A stretch of 64,000 nt of DNA, from assembly GCA_963664815.2 (NCBI GenBank), contig CAXXHB010000003.1:3648001-3712000 (forward strand), in the 5' to 3' direction. Shown one piece after another: positions 10,766-22,516 of the stretch. A program made the translations under genes and the position numbers. Under the pieces are notes generated by a model that was not told the DNA's origin, did not search any database, and saw nothing but the letters and a program-made list of their open reading frames with translations. Positions within the stretch are counted from its first letter, which is position 1. Every line of letters begins with the position of its first letter. Source of the stretch: Spirochaetota bacterium (GTDB taxonomy: Bacteria; Spirochaetota; UBA4802; UBA5550).

Positions 10766-12196
10766 GTGCCCCTTAAAATATACAACACGCTGACAAGAAA
10801 AGTCGAGGAGCTGATACCCGGCGGAATAAGGAAAAATACACCCGAAGAGTACCCCCCTGTAACAATCTATTCATGCGGTCCCACAGTCTACAGCTATGCG
10901 CATATAGGCAATTTCAGAACATTTATTTCCAACGATTTTCTCAGGCGTTACCTGAAGTTCAGGGGATTTCGGGTAAACCACGCAATGAACATCACAGATG
11001 TTGATGACAAGACCATAAAGGGATCACAACAGGAGGGTGTTACACTCGCGGAATATACCAAAAAATATACCGGGATATTCTACGAAGATTTGAAGACACT
11101 GAATATTGAACCAGTTGAGCACAATCCGAAAGCGACAGAATCTGTCGATGAGATGATAAATATACTGAAAAGGATTGATGAAAACGGAATCCTCTATGAA
11201 AAGGATGGATCACTCTACTTCAATATATCAAAGTTCCCGGATTATGGGAAACTCTCCCTTCTCGACAAAAGAGAGATAAAGTCGGGTGTGAGCTTTGACG
11301 CTGACGAATACGAGAAAGAGGACGTGCGTGATTTCGCCCTCTGGAAAGCACCTAAGGCGAACGAACCCTTCTGGGAAACACCATACGGACCCGGCAGGCC
11401 GGGATGGCACATTGAATGCTCAGCGATGATAAGAAAAATTTTTGGTACCACAATAGATATTCACACAGGGGGAGTTGACCTGGTTTTCCCTCACCATGAA
11501 AATGAAATAGCACAGAGCGAAGCAGCATACGGAGAGAAATTCGTCCGCCACTGGATTCATACGGAGCACCTCCTTGTTGACGGAGCCAAGATGTCCAAAT
11601 CGGCGGGCAATTTTTACACGCTGAGGGATCTTCTCGCCAGAGGGTACTCTCCCCGTTCAATCAGATACCTCCTTATGTCAGCACACTATAAAAAGCAGCT
11701 GAACTTCACTCTGGAGGGAATAACACAGGCAGACCAGGCACTTGAAAGGATTGATAACTTTATATTACGGCTGAATGACAGAAAAAACACCTCCGGGGAA
11801 AACCCCGGGATTGAAAATATCTGTTCAGCATTAATTCATGAATTCATTGAAACAGTTGATAATGACCTGAACATTTCCGGCGGGCTTGGAGTATTCTTTG
11901 ACTTTATCCATAAAATAAATACATTGATTTCAGAGGATAAAGTCTCAGGCAGAGATTCGGAGATCGTTTTTGAGACGTTAAAAAAAATCGACCATGTTTT
12001 CGGATTTATATTCGCAGTTTCTGATGAAACAGAAGATGCCGACAGGGAGAGAATTGATCTTCTTGTAAATGAAAGAATTGAGGCCAAGAAAAACAAACAG
12101 TTTGCCCGTGCCGACGAAATACGCGAGCTTCTTAAAAGCGAGGGTGTAATTCTTGAAGATACCAAAGACGGAACAAGATGGAAAAGAAAGAAATAA
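10766..12196 (+). CDS. cysS: Cysteine--tRNA ligase
   Basis: CGPTVY, HIGN, PGWHIECSAM, KMSKS. Confidence 0.98.
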   Translation: MPLKIYNTLTRKVEELIPGGIRKNTPEEYPPVTIYSCGPTVYSYAHIGNFRTFISNDFLRRYLKFRGFRVNHAMNITDVDDKTIKGSQQEGVTLAEYTKKYTGIFYEDLKTLNIEPVEHNPKATESVDEMINILKRIDENGILYEKDGSLYFNISKFPDYGKLSLLDKREIKSGVSFDADEYEKEDVRDFALWKAPKANEPFWETPYGPGRPGWHIECSAMIRKIFGTTIDIHTGGVDLVFPHHENEIAQSEAAYGEKFVRHWIHTEHLLVDGAKMSKSAGNFYTLRDLLARGYSPRSIRYLLMSAHYKKQLNFTLEGITQADQALERIDNFILRLNDRKNTSGENPGIENICSALIHEFIETVDNDLNISGGLGVFFDFIHKINTLISEDKVSGRDSEIVFETLKKIDHVFGFIFAVSDETEDADRERIDLLVNERIEAKKNKQFARADEIRELLKSEGVILEDTKDGTRWKRKK

Positions 12197-12915
12197 TAAC
12201 AGGGAGAAATCCCGTAATAGAATACCTTGACAGCATTGAAGACGGCAGCGGACTTGAACTCCATATTTCGTCATCAGCTCACGGCAAAATAATAGCGGAC
12301 ATACAGCAGCTCTGCAGAAGAAAAAAAGTAAAGATTATCACAGAGGACAAATCTTTTTTTAAAGAGGTAAGTCCGGCTTCAACACATCAGGGGGTGGCTC
12401 TGCATATAACCTCAAGAAGAAAAGAGATAAATCCTTTTGAACTTCTGAAGAGAATATCAGATGAAAAAGGATTTGTTATTCTTCTTGACCAGATAACTGA
12501 TCCGCACAACCTCGGTTCAATAATACGTTCCGCAGAAGCTTTAGGCTGCGATGCCGTCATCCTCCCCAAAAACAATTCCGCAGAGGTAAACGAGACTGTA
12601 ATCAAAACCTCCGCGGGAGCTACCGCACATATAGAGATTATCACAATAGTAAACGTTTCACAGATTCTCGACGAGATGAAAGAACTCGGTTTCTGGATTG
12701 TCGGGACAAGCGATCACGGGACACTGCCTGTTACAAAACTTGGCGAAGTGCATCCGGCATGCATCATCATCGGGAGTGAAGGGAAAGGGATGAGGCGGCT
12801 AACTGAAGAGAAGTGTGATTATATCGTATCTATTCCGCTTAAGGGTAAAGTCTCGTCACTTAATGCTTCGGTAGCTGCCGGGATTATCATGTATGAACTG
12901 ACAAGAGTTTCATAA
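12178..12915 (+). CDS. rlmB: 23S rRNA Gm2251 methyltransferase (SpoU family)
   Basis: DPHNLGSIIRSA, GSEGKG, SLNASVAAG; follows cysS. Confidence 0.92.
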   Translation: MEKKEIITGRNPVIEYLDSIEDGSGLELHISSSAHGKIIADIQQLCRRKKVKIITEDKSFFKEVSPASTHQGVALHITSRRKEINPFELLKRISDEKGFVILLDQITDPHNLGSIIRSAEALGCDAVILPKNNSAEVNETVIKTSAGATAHIEIITIVNVSQILDEMKELGFWIVGTSDHGTLPVTKLGEVHPACIIIGSEGKGMRRLTEEKCDYIVSIPLKGKVSSLNASVAAGIIMYELTRVS

Positions 12916-12918
12916 AGA

Positions 12919-14070
12919 TCAGTCGGCCTGCAGCATAATCTCACCCCACATTTCGCGGTTTTCCATGCCAAGCCGCCAGAAACCGATAGAGTCAACAAAA
13001 TCGCGGTAATAGAGAAACTTTTCCATGGTTGCATTGACATCATCGCAGAAAAGAATTTCCTTATCGCTTCCTTTATACATAATTTTAAATCCTGTGTCGG
13101 TAGAGTATTCCTTTACGGAATGTTTTGAAGCCAGAAGATCTGATATATGACTGGATTTTACTGAACGGCTTTTTACCACATGCCTTGTAATTATTACCGG
13201 CTTTGCTTTTTTACTCTTACTGTGCTTTTTGCTGTTCCTGGCGTTTTTCTTTTTATTGGGATAAATCTTTGTTACAATTTTCATATCCTTCCAGGATCTT
13301 CCGTAAAGAGGAATGCCCATTATCAGCTTGTCAGATGGTATTATACTTTTTGAATATACCATGATATCCCTGCACCATGAAAGCGAAGCAACCGGACCCG
13401 GTTTGCTTGTACTCCAGTGCTGATCATAGGCCATAATGAATACCTTGTCGACGACTTCCGATATCGATTTATAATCATAAGCATCTTCAACCTTTACTGT
13501 CTTCGGCGGAAGAGCAATGCTGAATATTTTGCCCGGCTCGAGGCCGGCCTTTATCATCTTTAAAAATTCAAGAAAAACAGCGGAATCCTTCTCTCCAATT
13601 GCTTCGAAATCTATCTGAACTCCATCAAATTTTTTTGAAACCTCAATAATATCTTTAACCATCTGATCTCTGAGTGCGTTTCCGGGATCAAGGATTTTAT
13701 GCATAACTTTTGAATTAGGATAGTCAGTGATCACCATGTGAATTCTTCTTTTATTTCCGTTTATAAAGGGTAATTCCGGGGGGGTGACATTAATATTTAT
13801 CTTCCCCTCAGAGTTTACACCGCAGCTGAAGTAGCAGACATCGGTAACCGGCTCGTCACCCCTGAAGACCTTTTCCTCACCCCTCATGAGGTATCCCCAC
13901 ACCTCCCTGAACTTTACAGGGAACAGAACTTCACTCTTCACGTTCTCACCTGTATCCAGGGATGCACTCTTCTTTTCAATACTTTTACTGCTGGTTTCTG
14001 TGGATGCGTATATCCGGCCTGTAATACAAAGAGTGAAAATGGTTATAACTATATAAATGGTCTTCTTCAT
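12919..14070 (-). CDS. Glycoside hydrolase family 18 protein
   Basis: FDGVQIDFE, IMAYDQHW, MGIPLYGRSW, GFWRLG. Confidence 0.85.
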   Translation of the reverse strand: MKKTIYIVITIFTLCITGRIYASTETSSKSIEKKSASLDTGENVKSEVLFPVKFREVWGYLMRGEEKVFRGDEPVTDVCYFSCGVNSEGKININVTPPELPFINGNKRRIHMVITDYPNSKVMHKILDPGNALRDQMVKDIIEVSKKFDGVQIDFEAIGEKDSAVFLEFLKMIKAGLEPGKIFSIALPPKTVKVEDAYDYKSISEVVDKVFIMAYDQHWSTSKPGPVASLSWCRDIMVYSKSIIPSDKLIMGIPLYGRSWKDMKIVTKIYPNKKKNARNSKKHSKSKKAKPVIITRHVVKSRSVKSSHISDLLASKHSVKEYSTDTGFKIMYKGSDKEILFCDDVNATMEKFLYYRDFVDSIGFWRLGMENREMWGEIMLQAD

Positions 14071-14322
14071 GTCAGCCTTTTCCTTATTATTCCTTTCTTA
14101 ATGCTAACCGTATAATATTATGACTTATATACAATTTCAGTATATAAAATTTTAATAAATCCCCGGTTATGGATTAATTCTGCTCTTAATTATCTTATCG
14201 GGTAATAAACAGCATTGTATTGCTTAAAAATTATTATCCGGCCGGCACAGATAAAAATTTTTTACGATTCTGTAAACGCCTGAAATTGATACTGAGTTTT
14301 AACAGTAAATTCAACACAGCTG

Positions 14323-14844
14323 TCATTGTTGTATAACTTTTGATATTCCAAGTGTAACAAGATCACATAATATTGTAAAAAGCATTACCGTAAAAAGATT
14401 TTTTATTCTGCTGTACTTGATCTCGGCTATTTTTGACAGCACGTATAATTGTACTATAAGATCCTCTTCACGATCTTTGTTAAGATACTGATTTTTAAAA
14501 TCCTCAAAGGTCATCTTTGCAACATCATACCAGAAAATTGCAGAGCGCTCGCTTCCTATAAGATATTTTTCTTTCTTTACCTGCGGAAATACTATGCTGT
14601 AAAACTCGCTGAAGGTACCGAACAACCCGCCGATGCACACGAGGAGAAGTGACGATAGTAAAAAAAAGTTAAATGTACCCGGCTCTCCGATAACTATATA
14701 CCTTACTACACGGGAAAAGCCTTGGTGGCAGAAACCTGTTACTGTGCAGACAACTGCTACGGAAATGTAAGCCTTCTGATCCGCACCTTTAATCTGGTCG
14801 GTAATGTAAAGAAGGTGATACCATGGTCGTATGTCATGATTCAT
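14323..14844 (-). CDS. Pycsar-effector-like (DUF5706-type) membrane protein
   Basis: DQIKGADQKA, TM helices, PQ...SAIFW, LSKIAEIKYSRI. Confidence 0.65.
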   Translation of the reverse strand: MNHDIRPWYHLLYITDQIKGADQKAYISVAVVCTVTGFCHQGFSRVVRYIVIGEPGTFNFFLLSSLLLVCIGGLFGTFSEFYSIVFPQVKKEKYLIGSERSAIFWYDVAKMTFEDFKNQYLNKDREEDLIVQLYVLSKIAEIKYSRIKNLFTVMLFTILCDLVTLGISKVIQQ

Positions 14845-15179
14845 AATTTTCTCTGTTTATAAGATTTAACTGTTATTTTATTTAGAACAGTTGCCGGCAG
14901 CAGTCAATTACAATCTTTACAAAACTTCAAAAACCTGCATTAAAACCCGCATGTTTAAAAAAATATCGTTAAAAAATCAGTAAAACACTATACATGGAAA
15001 TGCCATGATTCAGATGGTTTGTCTGCGATAAAACTATGCAGGTAAAAAACCGCTTATCATTGTTGACATGAGCAGTAAAATAAGTTTTACTTAGTTATGT
15101 TCAGCCCGATTATCAAAATAAGATCTCCGGAAATCATGATTCCATAACAGGCGACGGATGAATTATACAGGGGGTATAT

Positions 15180-15629
15180 ATGGCAATTTATCTTTCACAA
15201 CATGGGAAGTGTCACTCATCTGAAACTGATCCGGACAGAAAGCTTACTGACGACGGGAGAACTGAAAGCGGTATAACCGGAAAAATTCTCAGGGATAAAA
15301 ACGTACATATAAGCAGGATAGTACATAGCGGTAAAACGAGGGCATATGAAACAGCTGCTGTTTTCTCCGGTTATCTGACACCTGAGAAGGGCATCATCGC
15401 TATGGATGGGATGGACCCCAATGACAGCGTTGAGACTTTTGCCGTAAATACATCCTTTGATGACACACTTTACGTAGGTCACCTGCCGTTTATGGAAAAA
15501 CTGGCATCATATCTTGTAACCGGGGATTCCGGAACAGAAACAATAAAGTTTTACAACAGCGGAATTGTCTGCCTGGAGCGGGACAATATCAGTGGAAAGG
15601 TTTGCATCAGCTGGACAATAACACCCTGA
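15180..15629 (+). CDS. sixA: Phosphohistidine phosphatase SixA family
   Basis: QHGK, DRKLT..G, SGKTRAYETA, VGHLP. Confidence 0.85.
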   Translation: MAIYLSQHGKCHSSETDPDRKLTDDGRTESGITGKILRDKNVHISRIVHSGKTRAYETAAVFSGYLTPEKGIIAMDGMDPNDSVETFAVNTSFDDTLYVGHLPFMEKLASYLVTGDSGTETIKFYNSGIVCLERDNISGKVCISWTITP

Positions 15630-15653
15630 ATCAGGACGATAAAAATTAATCTT

Positions 15654-16088
15654 ATGGAGGCAATCATGCTCAGATTTACCATGTCAATACTGTTTATAAT
15701 ATTCATAACAGCCGGGGAACTGGCTATTGAAGGTATTAATCCTGCAGCCTGTCTTGCTGTAACATCTTTTACTCTCGTTTTAATAATAACACTTACAGCA
15801 ACTGCCGGGGTCTGGAAGCTTTCAGAAATTTCAGAGGCATTTCACGACGCATTCACTGAAAACCGGAGTTCAGCCGGCAGATCATTCAGAATCTTCAACT
15901 TCATGGAAAAGATGTTCTATGCCAGCGGTATAATCTGTACACTCCTTGGAATAATAACGGTGTTATCACAGATTAATGATATGGAAAAGATCGGGAAAGG
16001 CGCTGCATTCGGCATCACAGGAATTCTGTACGGTGTTTTCCTCGGAATAATTGCAAGGATGCTGAAAGAAAGGACAATACATGAATAA
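15654..16088 (+). CDS. Small membrane protein, MotA/TolQ-like TM segments
   Basis: GIICTLLGII...IGKGAAFGITGILYG pattern. Confidence 0.5.
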   Translation: MEAIMLRFTMSILFIIFITAGELAIEGINPAACLAVTSFTLVLIITLTATAGVWKLSEISEAFHDAFTENRSSAGRSFRIFNFMEKMFYASGIICTLLGIITVLSQINDMEKIGKGAAFGITGILYGVFLGIIARMLKERTIHE

Positions 16089-16360
16089 AAAACCGTAAAA
16101 AAGACAATACAAAATATTGTGATTTTCGGCAAACAGGATTTTTCCGGGAATACAGTCGGTTTTACTCAAAAAAAATTAACCGCATATATAAAATTTTTAA
16201 AGTAATTGACATCCGTTTATTTAATATAAATAAATAGCATGCTTCTATTCCGGCAGATTCACCAGATACAGAAAGTAAGAAATACAGCTGTTGTCTGGCT
16301 GTTACATTATATAAGACAGGCCGGGAGAGATAACCTTAAACATAACCACAGGAGAGTTTT

Positions 16361-17959
16361 ATGTCTATAACTGCATTATTGCTGACACTCCTGCCTATTG
16401 TTATACTCCTCTGCATGCTTATTGTGTTCAGAAAAGCCGCAGACGTGAGCGGGATTGTAGGCTGGGCAGCAATTTCAATTGTCGCATTTTTCTTTTTCCA
16501 GACAAGCGCGGAAGTAATAGCGCGTTCAACAGTCGCAGGTCTTATCCGTTCATTCTCTGTTTCACTGATTGTGGCTACATCTCTTCTTCAGATGGCCTAT
16601 ATGGAGAAAACCGGCGCACTGAAGCGGATTATTATCTTTGTAAAAACCATCTCAAGCGAAAACCGCGCCGTACAGATAATGATGATCAACATCGGCTTCG
16701 GCACACTGATGGTTGCAGTGGGAGCTACACCGGTTTCATTACTCCCTCCCATACTTCTGGCCATGGGATATTCCACCTATGTTGCAATCGCGCTCCCGGC
16801 GATAGGGTATGATTCTCTCTGCACATATGCGCTTCTTGGCGCACCTATTGTTGTATTCGTAGACATTGCAAACAGTTTTCTCGGAAAAGGAAACGAAATT
16901 GCACTTCACCAGGCCGGTATGGTATTTTTCATGTTCCTGCCGGTAGTATCGACGCTTATAGGATTCTGCATGCTCTGGATCGTCGGAAGATGGGAGGCTA
17001 TAAAGCAGGGATGGCTCCCGTGCCTTATAACAGGGGCTGTAATCGGTGTTGTGGCATTCTTTACCAATCATTATGACAACCTTGTTGTACTTACAGGTGT
17101 ACTCTGCGGGATTGCCGTAATTATAACAATGGCGCTTTACCTAAAAGTAACAGGTAAAAAGATAATCGACAGAAGCGGGCTCACTCATGAGGAAATTGAA
17201 TATGAAAAGACTTTTCCTCTCTGGAAAGCGCTCAGTCCGTGGCTTCTTCTTATCATTCTCATTCTTGCACTTAATATACCACAGGATATGTTTAACTATC
17301 TTTACCGGACTCTTAAACTCCCGGTCACGGGCCTCACTGCCGACGGCAAGCCTCTTGATACACGCGCGCTGTGGCAGGCATATACCTGGATCTTTGTCAG
17401 TATAATTATTTCAATGCCGCTTCTTAAACCCACCGGAACCCAGATAAAAGAGACACTTAAAACATGGTGGAAGAGAGCCCCAAGGCCTGTGTTTGCCGCT
17501 GCGATATTCTTTGCAATCGGCGAGATTATGAATATGTCCGGTTTCAGTATGGCAACAGGTCAGTTTGCAGTCCCCAGTATGGTAAAGGTTCTTGCTGATT
17601 ATTCAGCCCAGTTTTTTCAGGGAGCATACGGCGTTATTGTCGCGTCTATAGGTCTCTTCGGCGGTTTTATAACAGGAAGCGAGGCTTCAACAATCGCTAT
17701 GTTCGCCAAATATACTCTCACAACCGCCAAAAACCTCTCAATGCCGCTGATAGGTATGATTATAGTCACGGCAGGACTTGCATTCGGAGGTGGTCTGGCC
17801 AGCGTTATATCACCGGCAAAACTTCAGAATGCTGCAGCTTCAATTGATAAAATCGGCGAGGAGAACAAAGTAATAAGAATAGCATTTGTGTTCTCCATTA
17901 TACTTACTGCAGTAACATCAATTTTTGTAGTAATACTTCTTAAATTTAACGGAATCTGA
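16361..17959 (+). CDS. L-lactate permease family transporter
   Basis: Polytopic membrane protein; GGFITGSEAST, ASVISPAKLQNAA. Confidence 0.85.
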   Translation: MSITALLLTLLPIVILLCMLIVFRKAADVSGIVGWAAISIVAFFFFQTSAEVIARSTVAGLIRSFSVSLIVATSLLQMAYMEKTGALKRIIIFVKTISSENRAVQIMMINIGFGTLMVAVGATPVSLLPPILLAMGYSTYVAIALPAIGYDSLCTYALLGAPIVVFVDIANSFLGKGNEIALHQAGMVFFMFLPVVSTLIGFCMLWIVGRWEAIKQGWLPCLITGAVIGVVAFFTNHYDNLVVLTGVLCGIAVIITMALYLKVTGKKIIDRSGLTHEEIEYEKTFPLWKALSPWLLLIILILALNIPQDMFNYLYRTLKLPVTGLTADGKPLDTRALWQAYTWIFVSIIISMPLLKPTGTQIKETLKTWWKRAPRPVFAAAIFFAIGEIMNMSGFSMATGQFAVPSMVKVLADYSAQFFQGAYGVIVASIGLFGGFITGSEASTIAMFAKYTLTTAKNLSMPLIGMIIVTAGLAFGGGLASVISPAKLQNAAASIDKIGEENKVIRIAFVFSIILTAVTSIFVVILLKFNGI

Positions 17960-17969
17960 CAGCTTAACC

Positions 17970-18011
17970 TGTAACCGGCCTCATTTATTAATAAATCGGG
18001 GCCGGTTACAG
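17970..18011. terminator. Hairpin downstream of the lactate permease
   Basis: ctgtaaccggcc...ggccggttacag inverted repeat. Confidence 0.6.
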
Positions 18012-18297
18012 AATCGGTATGTCTTCAGGCAGATCTTTCATATTTAATGATTATAGTGTGCCGCACTTGTTTTAAATATGGCTTTCTTCAACTTATTTAA
18101 AAAATAATCTTATAAAGCTTAAAAACCTGCCGGACCTTAAACAGAGAAAAATACCCGACAATTAAAATTATCATCCATATATGATTGTCACGGTTCATCC
18201 CACTTAAAAAAATACTTGCCAATACCGGGCAATAATTATTGTTTTCATAATGAAATTATTAATATATAATAACAATTCAGAAATCAGCAGGTAAAAG

Positions 18298-20094
18298 ATG
18301 GATTTATCTCTCATAAGAAATTTTTCAATTATTGCTCACATAGATCACGGGAAATCAACCCTGGCCGACAGACTCATCGAGAAATGCCGCCTTGTCAATG
18401 ACCGGAACAGAAAAGATCAGATGCTTGACACCATGGATATTGAGCGTGAAAGAGGAATTACCATAAAATCAAACGCCATAACACTCAATTACATTGCTGA
18501 AAACGGCATTGATTATACATTTAATCTTATAGATACTCCCGGTCACGTTGATTTTACATACGAGGTATCCCGGGCGCTTTCCTCCTGCGACGGTGTAATT
18601 CTCATTGTTGATGCATCACAGGGAGTTGAAGCGCAGACAATAGCCAATTTCTACCTCGCTCTTGAAAACGATCTTGAGATACTCCCTGTAATAAATAAAA
18701 TCGATATGCCAAGTGCTGATATTCCATCCACAAAAAACCAGATTGAAAAAATCCTCGGCCTTGATACGGAAGACGCTGTTCTCACTTCTGCAAAACAGGG
18801 TATCGGGATTGACGAGCTTCTTGAAAAAATAGTTGAATATATTCCCGCACCGAAAGGGAAAGAGGATTCCCCGCTTAAGGCGCTTATCTTCGATTCATTC
18901 TACGACCAGTACCTCGGTGCTGTTATAAAGGTGAGAATTTTTGACGGCAGGGTGAAGAAGGATGATGTAATTAAATTCTATGCCACAGGAAAGGAATTTA
19001 CTGTAGTTGAAGTAGGAGTGTTCAGGCTTGATCTTGAGAAGAGAGAGAGCCTTGGGCCCGGAGAGGTGGGATATATCGTTGCCGGCATTAAAAGTGTCGG
19101 AGATACAAAGATTGGCGATACTGTAACACTGGCAAAAAATCCGGCGCCGGAAGCGCTTCAGGGATTTAAAGATGTCAAGTCCATGGTCTTTTCAGGGCTT
19201 TACCCGATGTTCGGCGATGAATATGAAGCGCTGCGCGAAGCCCTTTTCAAACTTCAGCTTAACGATGCCTCTCTCCTGTTTGAGCCGGATAATTCATATG
19301 CCCTCGGTTTCGGGTTCAGATGCGGATACCTTGGACTGCTTCACATGGAGATTGTCCAGGAAAGGCTGGAGAGAGAGTTTGATATCTCTCTTATCACAAC
19401 AGCTCCAAGCGTTGAATATAAAATATACATGCAGAACGGAACAAAGATGACTATAGACAATCCTGTCAATATGCCCGACCCGGGATACATTGAACGCATT
19501 GAGGAACCATACGTTAAAGCGTCAATAGTAACGCCGAATGAATTTGTCGGAAACATAATGCAGCTTGTAACTGACAGCAGGGGAATCCATAAAAACATGG
19601 AGTACATTACAACCGACAGAATTCAGCTTACATATGAACTCCCCCTATCGGAAATTGTCTTTAACTTCTATGACAAATTGAAATCCATCTCGCGCGGATA
19701 TGCCTCGTTTGATTATGACCCGATAGATTTCCGGCCATCCGACATGGTCAAGGTCGATATACTTGTCAATGGCGAGCCCGTTGATGCGCTCTCTTTTATT
19801 GTTCATAAGGATAAGGCAAGAACAAGGGGGAAGGACATTATTGAGAAGCTGAAGGATATAATCCCCAAGCATCAGTTTAAAATACCCCTCCAGGCTGCTA
19901 TCGGGGCAAACATTATTGCAAGAGAGAATATCTCTGCCGTAAGAAAGGATGTTACTGCAAAATGCTACGGCGGCGATATTTCAAGAAAAAGAAAACTTCT
20001 TGATAAGCAGAAAGAGGGGAAGAAGAGAATGAAACTTGTGGGTTCCGTGGAAATTCCCCAGGAGGCTTTCCTTACGATACTTAAAATTGACTGA
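18298..20094 (+). CDS. lepA: Elongation factor 4
   Basis: [31 protein letters not shown]. Confidence 0.98.
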   Translation: MDLSLIRNFSIIAHIDHGKSTLADRLIEKCRLVNDRNRKDQMLDTMDIERERGITIKSNAITLNYIAENGIDYTFNLIDTPGHVDFTYEVSRALSSCDGVILIVDASQGVEAQTIANFYLALENDLEILPVINKIDMPSADIPSTKNQIEKILGLDTEDAVLTSAKQGIGIDELLEKIVEYIPAPKGKEDSPLKALIFDSFYDQYLGAVIKVRIFDGRVKKDDVIKFYATGKEFTVVEVGVFRLDLEKRESLGPGEVGYIVAGIKSVGDTKIGDTVTLAKNPAPEALQGFKDVKSMVFSGLYPMFGDEYEALREALFKLQLNDASLLFEPDNSYALGFGFRCGYLGLLHMEIVQERLEREFDISLITTAPSVEYKIYMQNGTKMTIDNPVNMPDPGYIERIEEPYVKASIVTPNEFVGNIMQLVTDSRGIHKNMEYITTDRIQLTYELPLSEIVFNFYDKLKSISRGYASFDYDPIDFRPSDMVKVDILVNGEPVDALSFIVHKDKARTRGKDIIEKLKDIIPKHQFKIPLQAAIGANIIARENISAVRKDVTAKCYGGDISRKRKLLDKQKEGKKRMKLVGSVEIPQEAFLTILKID

Positions 20095-20367
20095 AAAAAA
20101 TCCCTCACCGGCGGAATGCCGTTGAGGGTGAACCTCAATGCAAACATCGAATTGAATAATATATCTCTGATAAAAGTTAATCAACAAGCATTTCTTTGAT
20201 GATTCAGTCCATCCTTCGCGGACTTTATGAACTGGTTTAAGAATTATTTTATCTCTTTTATCACTTATTACAAGTTCTATCTGATTCTCAATATTCATCT
20301 CTTTAAGGATCTGATTTGGAATTCTTATTCCTTTTGAATTTCCAATCTGAATTATTTTTGCTATCAT
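19981..20367 (-). pseudogene. AbrB/MazE-type antitoxin with a degenerate 3' end and no partner toxin
   Basis: IQIGNSKGIRIP...IILKP...REGW; the tail runs antisense into lepA. Confidence 0.65.
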
Positions 20368-20622
20368 AAAAAGACCTCATCTATGTAATTACAACTGAAA
20401 TTTTAAATGAAAATCAGGTAATACTACCCGAACTTTTTATAATATTTTTATATCTCCGTAGCATAGCGCATAATGCATATACTTTTAAATATCTCTCATG
20501 CAATCACCCTGAATTTGAAACAACTCAGGCTGCCAAATATCACCTTACAGGAAGCAGAAAAATTAAACTGAATTGACAATTACTGATTTTTATATCAGAA
20601 GTAAATTAATTTTTCACAGGAG

Positions 20623-21519
20623 ATGTTTATGGAAAAGAAAAAACTTGTTTTCGCAGTCATTACTCTGCTTTTTTCCATGTTTACAGGAAGCCTCAATTCC
20701 GGCGAGCTGAAACCCGGCAAAGTAAAGTGCTTCGGTAATATTGAAGCAGTTTTTATCAAAGGCGGAACATTTATTATGGGCAGCCCCGAAAATGAAAAAG
20801 AAAGAGATAATGATGAAAGACAGCATAAAGTTACATTATCATCTTTCTGGATTGGCAAATATGAAATTACACAGAAACAGTATACAGAGATCACAGGAAC
20901 AAATCCTGCTTATATCAAGGGGGGCACACTTCCGGCAGAAGGTGTCAGCTGGTATGATGCAGTTGAATTCTGCAATATACTCAGTAAAAAAAACGGACTT
21001 AAACCCTACTACGCTATTAATAAAATAATAAAAGTTTCTGAGAATAGGAACGGCAACAACAATGCCGGATATATTGTAACTATAACCGGAGGTAACGGGT
21101 TTCGGCTGCCCTCAGAAGCTGAATGGGAATATGCCTGCCGCGCAGGTACTACAACGGCATTCAGTTATGGCAACAGCCTGGACTGTACTATGGCCAATTT
21201 CGATGGCGAGGAATCATACAACGCCGGTAAAGGGACATGCGGGCTAAAAGCAGTGCCTGTTGGCAGCTATAAACCAAATGCTTACGGGCTTTTTGACATG
21301 CATGGCAATATACAGGAGTGGTGCCTGGACTGGTATGGAGAATATGATACTGTTACGAATGATCCCAAAGGGGCCGGCAGTGGCGACTTCAAAGTGATTC
21401 GAAGCGGTGGCTTTGATCTTGCAGGTAAGCATCAGCGTTCTGCATCCCGGAGTTTTGCCGATCCACAAAACAGGTGGGACGGACACATAGGCTTTCGAAT
21501 TGCCTATTCTGCCGAATGA
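20623..21519 (+). CDS. Formylglycine-generating enzyme (SUMF1) family protein
   Basis: GGTFIMGS, RLPSEAEWEYACRAG, GLFDMHGNIQEW, IGFRI. Confidence 0.9.
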   Translation: MFMEKKKLVFAVITLLFSMFTGSLNSGELKPGKVKCFGNIEAVFIKGGTFIMGSPENEKERDNDERQHKVTLSSFWIGKYEITQKQYTEITGTNPAYIKGGTLPAEGVSWYDAVEFCNILSKKNGLKPYYAINKIIKVSENRNGNNNAGYIVTITGGNGFRLPSEAEWEYACRAGTTTAFSYGNSLDCTMANFDGEESYNAGKGTCGLKAVPVGSYKPNAYGLFDMHGNIQEWCLDWYGEYDTVTNDPKGAGSGDFKVIRSGGFDLAGKHQRSASRSFADPQNRWDGHIGFRIAYSAE

Positions 21520-21526
21520 TTTCTCA

Positions 21527-21945
21527 TTTTCTATATTTTCTTTCCAATATAAAACACATACCCGTAATATTCTTTATACTTATGATAAAGTTCAGCTCCA
21601 TGCTTTTCGTATTTTACAAACTCTTCGGCAGATTTATTACCTTTGTATTTATCCAGAAATATTTTTTGCGCCGTCATTTCCGGAACAAAAAAAATTGTCA
21701 ATCCAGCAGATTTCAGGCAATATGAATGATGCCATAACAACATAGCCCCCCTTTTTCAAAACCAATATTATATATTGCTCCCTCACACCAGATAAGGTCT
21801 AATTCATTTAATTGAAAATCGAGTTTATCCATTGAACCGATAACCCCTTTAACTCTGCTGTGAAGATTCAGTTTTTGTGCATTGTCATTCAGTTTGTCGA
21901 TAAAACCTGGGAATAAATCAATGCCTGTAATATTTCCTGGAGTAT
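21527..21945 (-). pseudogene. Internally deleted duplicate of the 3' part of the methyltransferase gene at 23630-24451
   Basis: Near-identical sequence with deletions at caacatagcc and ctttttcaaaa microhomologies. Confidence 0.9.
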
Positions 21946-21976
21946 GGGAATAAGTTCTGACTTTTACAAATAATAA

Positions 21977-22465
21977 TTACGGCTTTCGTTGCTTATCTTT
22001 TGGTATATTTATAATTCCAGCTCCATCAACCAACCATTTATTATTCTGGAAAACAATTTTTACAGTTACTGAATATACTTCCCAATCAATTCCACCGAGC
22101 GTCACATAGCCGGATGCACTATCATATTTTAATATTTTAAATCCTTTATCCGGATAAGCCTGAGCGTCAAAAATTGGATCAAAATCCAATCCGACTTCCG
22201 GTTCTTCCTTATAAGCATCAGTCAAAATCTTTTTATAAGTTGATTTAAATCTATCAGTCAGCAAAGTGTTGTTTTCAATCCATTTATCAACATCAGCTTT
22301 TTCTGTACGCATATCGCAGAACTTTTTATAGCTATCCATAAATTTTAATGCAACATATGCATTTGCTGTCTTCATATTTTGAGATTTTTTATCAGCAGGT
22401 TGTGACATTATTTGTAAATCACAACAAAAAATCATTATTAAACTCAAATAAATAAACTGCTTCAT
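21977..22465 (-). CDS. Secreted DUF3828-like protein (cassette cargo)
   Basis: GLDFDPIFDAQ...WLVDG; signal peptide; next to an attC remnant. Confidence 0.55.
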   Translation of the reverse strand: MKQFIYLSLIMIFCCDLQIMSQPADKKSQNMKTANAYVALKFMDSYKKFCDMRTEKADVDKWIENNTLLTDRFKSTYKKILTDAYKEEPEVGLDFDPIFDAQAYPDKGFKILKYDSASGYVTLGGIDWEVYSVTVKIVFQNNKWLVDGAGIINIPKDKQRKP

Positions 22466-22516
22466 TTCTCAATACTCCTTGGCAAATATTTATGTATGAA
22501 GGCTTTTTCAACATTG

